From Bacteriovoracia bacterium (lineage in GTDB: Bacteria; Bdellovibrionota; Bacteriovoracia; Bacteriovoracales; Bacteriovoracaceae), in assembly GCA_046570105.1 (NCBI GenBank), contig JBKHVI010000054.1, positions 1 through 17,276 on the forward strand: a DNA stretch of 17,276 nucleotides, written 5' to 3'. The position numbers were made by a program, and so were the translations under genes. Below are positions 15,987 through 17,276 of this stretch, piece after piece. The notes under the pieces are model-generated. The model saw only the letters and a program-made list of their open reading frames with translations, was not told the origin of the DNA and made no database searches. The number at the start of each line of letters is the position of its first letter. Position 1 is the stretch's first letter.

Positions 15987-17072
15987 ATGAAACGACGTGA
16001 TCTTTTAAGTTTGCTCACTCTTGCACCGCTGACGTCCTGGGCGATGAGTAAACTGATGCCCAAAACTTTGCAGGGAAAATCTATGATTAAGCATACCGCT
16101 CCGATTGATTTGCACTGGCCGACTCAAGAGCCATTTTTATTTTGTGCTCATCACTTAGATCGCTATCCTGCAGGAAATCCTCAGTTGGGTCTCGAGGCGA
16201 AGCACTTTGCTGGCCGTCAGATGGGCTCTGACTTTCAAGAGAAGGATGGATTTCGTTTATATCACGGAACTGAGATTCCTGGTTTCCCAGTACACCCTCA
16301 TCGCGGCTTTGAAACCATCACTATCGTGAGACGCGGCTACGCCGATCATGCGGACTCGCTAGGTGCTGCCGGTCGCTATGGGGAAGGGGATGTACAATGG
16401 ATGACGGCCGGTTCAGGCGTCCAGCATTCAGAAATGTTCCCACTACTGCATAAAGATAAAGAGAATACTCTTGAGCTTTTTCAGATTTGGCTGAATCTGC
16501 CGAAGAAAAACAAAATGGTACCCGCTGACTTTAAAATGCTGTGGGCGAATAAAATTCCTCGTGTGAAAAAAGAAAATCTCGAGGTCAGTATTATTAGTGG
16601 TGAATATGCAGACGTGAAGTTTTTTGAAGCACCTAAAAATAGCTGGGCGGCCGATGCTGCCAATCACGTGAATATCTTTTTAGTCAAAATGACGAAAGAC
16701 GGATTGTTTGAATATCCAGCGAAGGAGGGTGTTGAGCGCTCACTTTATTTCTTTGAAGGACAAGGTGCCTCGATCAATGGGCAAACAATCAATGGCAAGC
16801 GGGCCGTGTTTGTTGACCCAAGTGTTCAGCTGCAAATCAAAACGTCCGGAACAATTGAATTTCTTATGCTAGAAGCGAAGCCTATCGGTGAACCAGTGGT
16901 GCAGCATGGGCCATTTGTGATGAACACCCGTGAGGAAATTGCTCAAACCATTCGCGACTATCAAGCGACCCAATTTGGCGGTTGGAAGTGGCAACGTGAA
17001 GATATGATTCATGGCCCGCAAATAGAGCGTTTTGCTAAATATCCTGACGGACGCATCGAGCGTCCCGCTTAA
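15987..17072 (+). CDS. Pirin family protein, with a possible Tat signal
   Basis: GFPVHPHRGFETIT, QWMTAGSGVQHSE, FQIWLNLP, GPFVMNT; N-terminus MKRRDLLSLLTLAP. Confidence 0.92.
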   Translation: MKRRDLLSLLTLAPLTSWAMSKLMPKTLQGKSMIKHTAPIDLHWPTQEPFLFCAHHLDRYPAGNPQLGLEAKHFAGRQMGSDFQEKDGFRLYHGTEIPGFPVHPHRGFETITIVRRGYADHADSLGAAGRYGEGDVQWMTAGSGVQHSEMFPLLHKDKENTLELFQIWLNLPKKNKMVPADFKMLWANKIPRVKKENLEVSIISGEYADVKFFEAPKNSWAADAANHVNIFLVKMTKDGLFEYPAKEGVERSLYFFEGQGASINGQTINGKRAVFVDPSVQLQIKTSGTIEFLMLEAKPIGEPVVQHGPFVMNTREEIAQTIRDYQATQFGGWKWQREDMIHGPQIERFAKYPDGRIERPA

Positions 17073-17276
17073 ATTTCTTCTAATTTTAGAGTGGTCACTT
17101 CTCGCAACACATCGCTGCCACCTTCGCTTAAGCTGCGCTGGTAGCGAGCTTCCCATTTCTTTTCGCCGGTTTTTTTCATTTGTGAGAAGTCAAAGGCCGG
17201 ATACGGTGAAGTTCCGGGGCGAGTAATCGTAATGAACTCATCCTCATGTAATTTACCAAACGACGACATGAACATG
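17069..17276 (-). CDS. 3' end of a gene entering from the right edge (hypothetical, partial)
   Basis: Open frame from the window edge to a stop overlapping the pirin stop. Confidence 0.5.
   Translation of the reverse strand, partial: MFMSSFGKLHEDEFITITRPGTSPYPAFDFSQMKKTGEKKWEARYQRSLSEGGSDVLREVTTLKLEEI

Noticed and set aside
111..17226. Remaining short overlapping or antisense ORFs in the track (e.g. 111-368, 1854-2210, 5891-6187, 10945-11289, 12308-12625, 13700-14023, 16869-17156)
   Set aside because: They shadow well-supported genes and have no recognisable motifs or start signals.

Overview
Bacterial chromosomal window, probably Bdellovibrionota (Bacteriovorax/Peredibacter-like); this is inferred from the vWA lipoprotein, the DUF1566-like surface lipoprotein and the secreted PLA2-like and zincin genes. 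It has about 25 CDSs, including serA, an rlmN-family radical SAM gene, yjdM/phnA, a tandem desaturase pair, USP, CNNM/CBS, a HigBA-type TA module and pirin. Four structures are not explained by the ORF track. (1) A 25-26 bp palindrome, CC(T)AAAAGGTGTCANNNACYTTTWGG, occurs 7 times exactly at gene or module boundaries and supplies six stop codons. (2) A VOC/glyoxalase gene is split by a ~1.75 kb transposase-free insert flanked by a 3-bp GGT direct repeat. (3) The lipoprotein gene inside that insert appears frameshifted by a (TGAGTGT)x3 repeat in its signal-peptide region. (4) A perfect 24-bp-stem hairpin with an adjacent 15-bp tandem duplication forms the C-terminus of a hydrolase. No rRNA, tRNA, CRISPR array, integrase, transposase or reverse transcriptase is seen.
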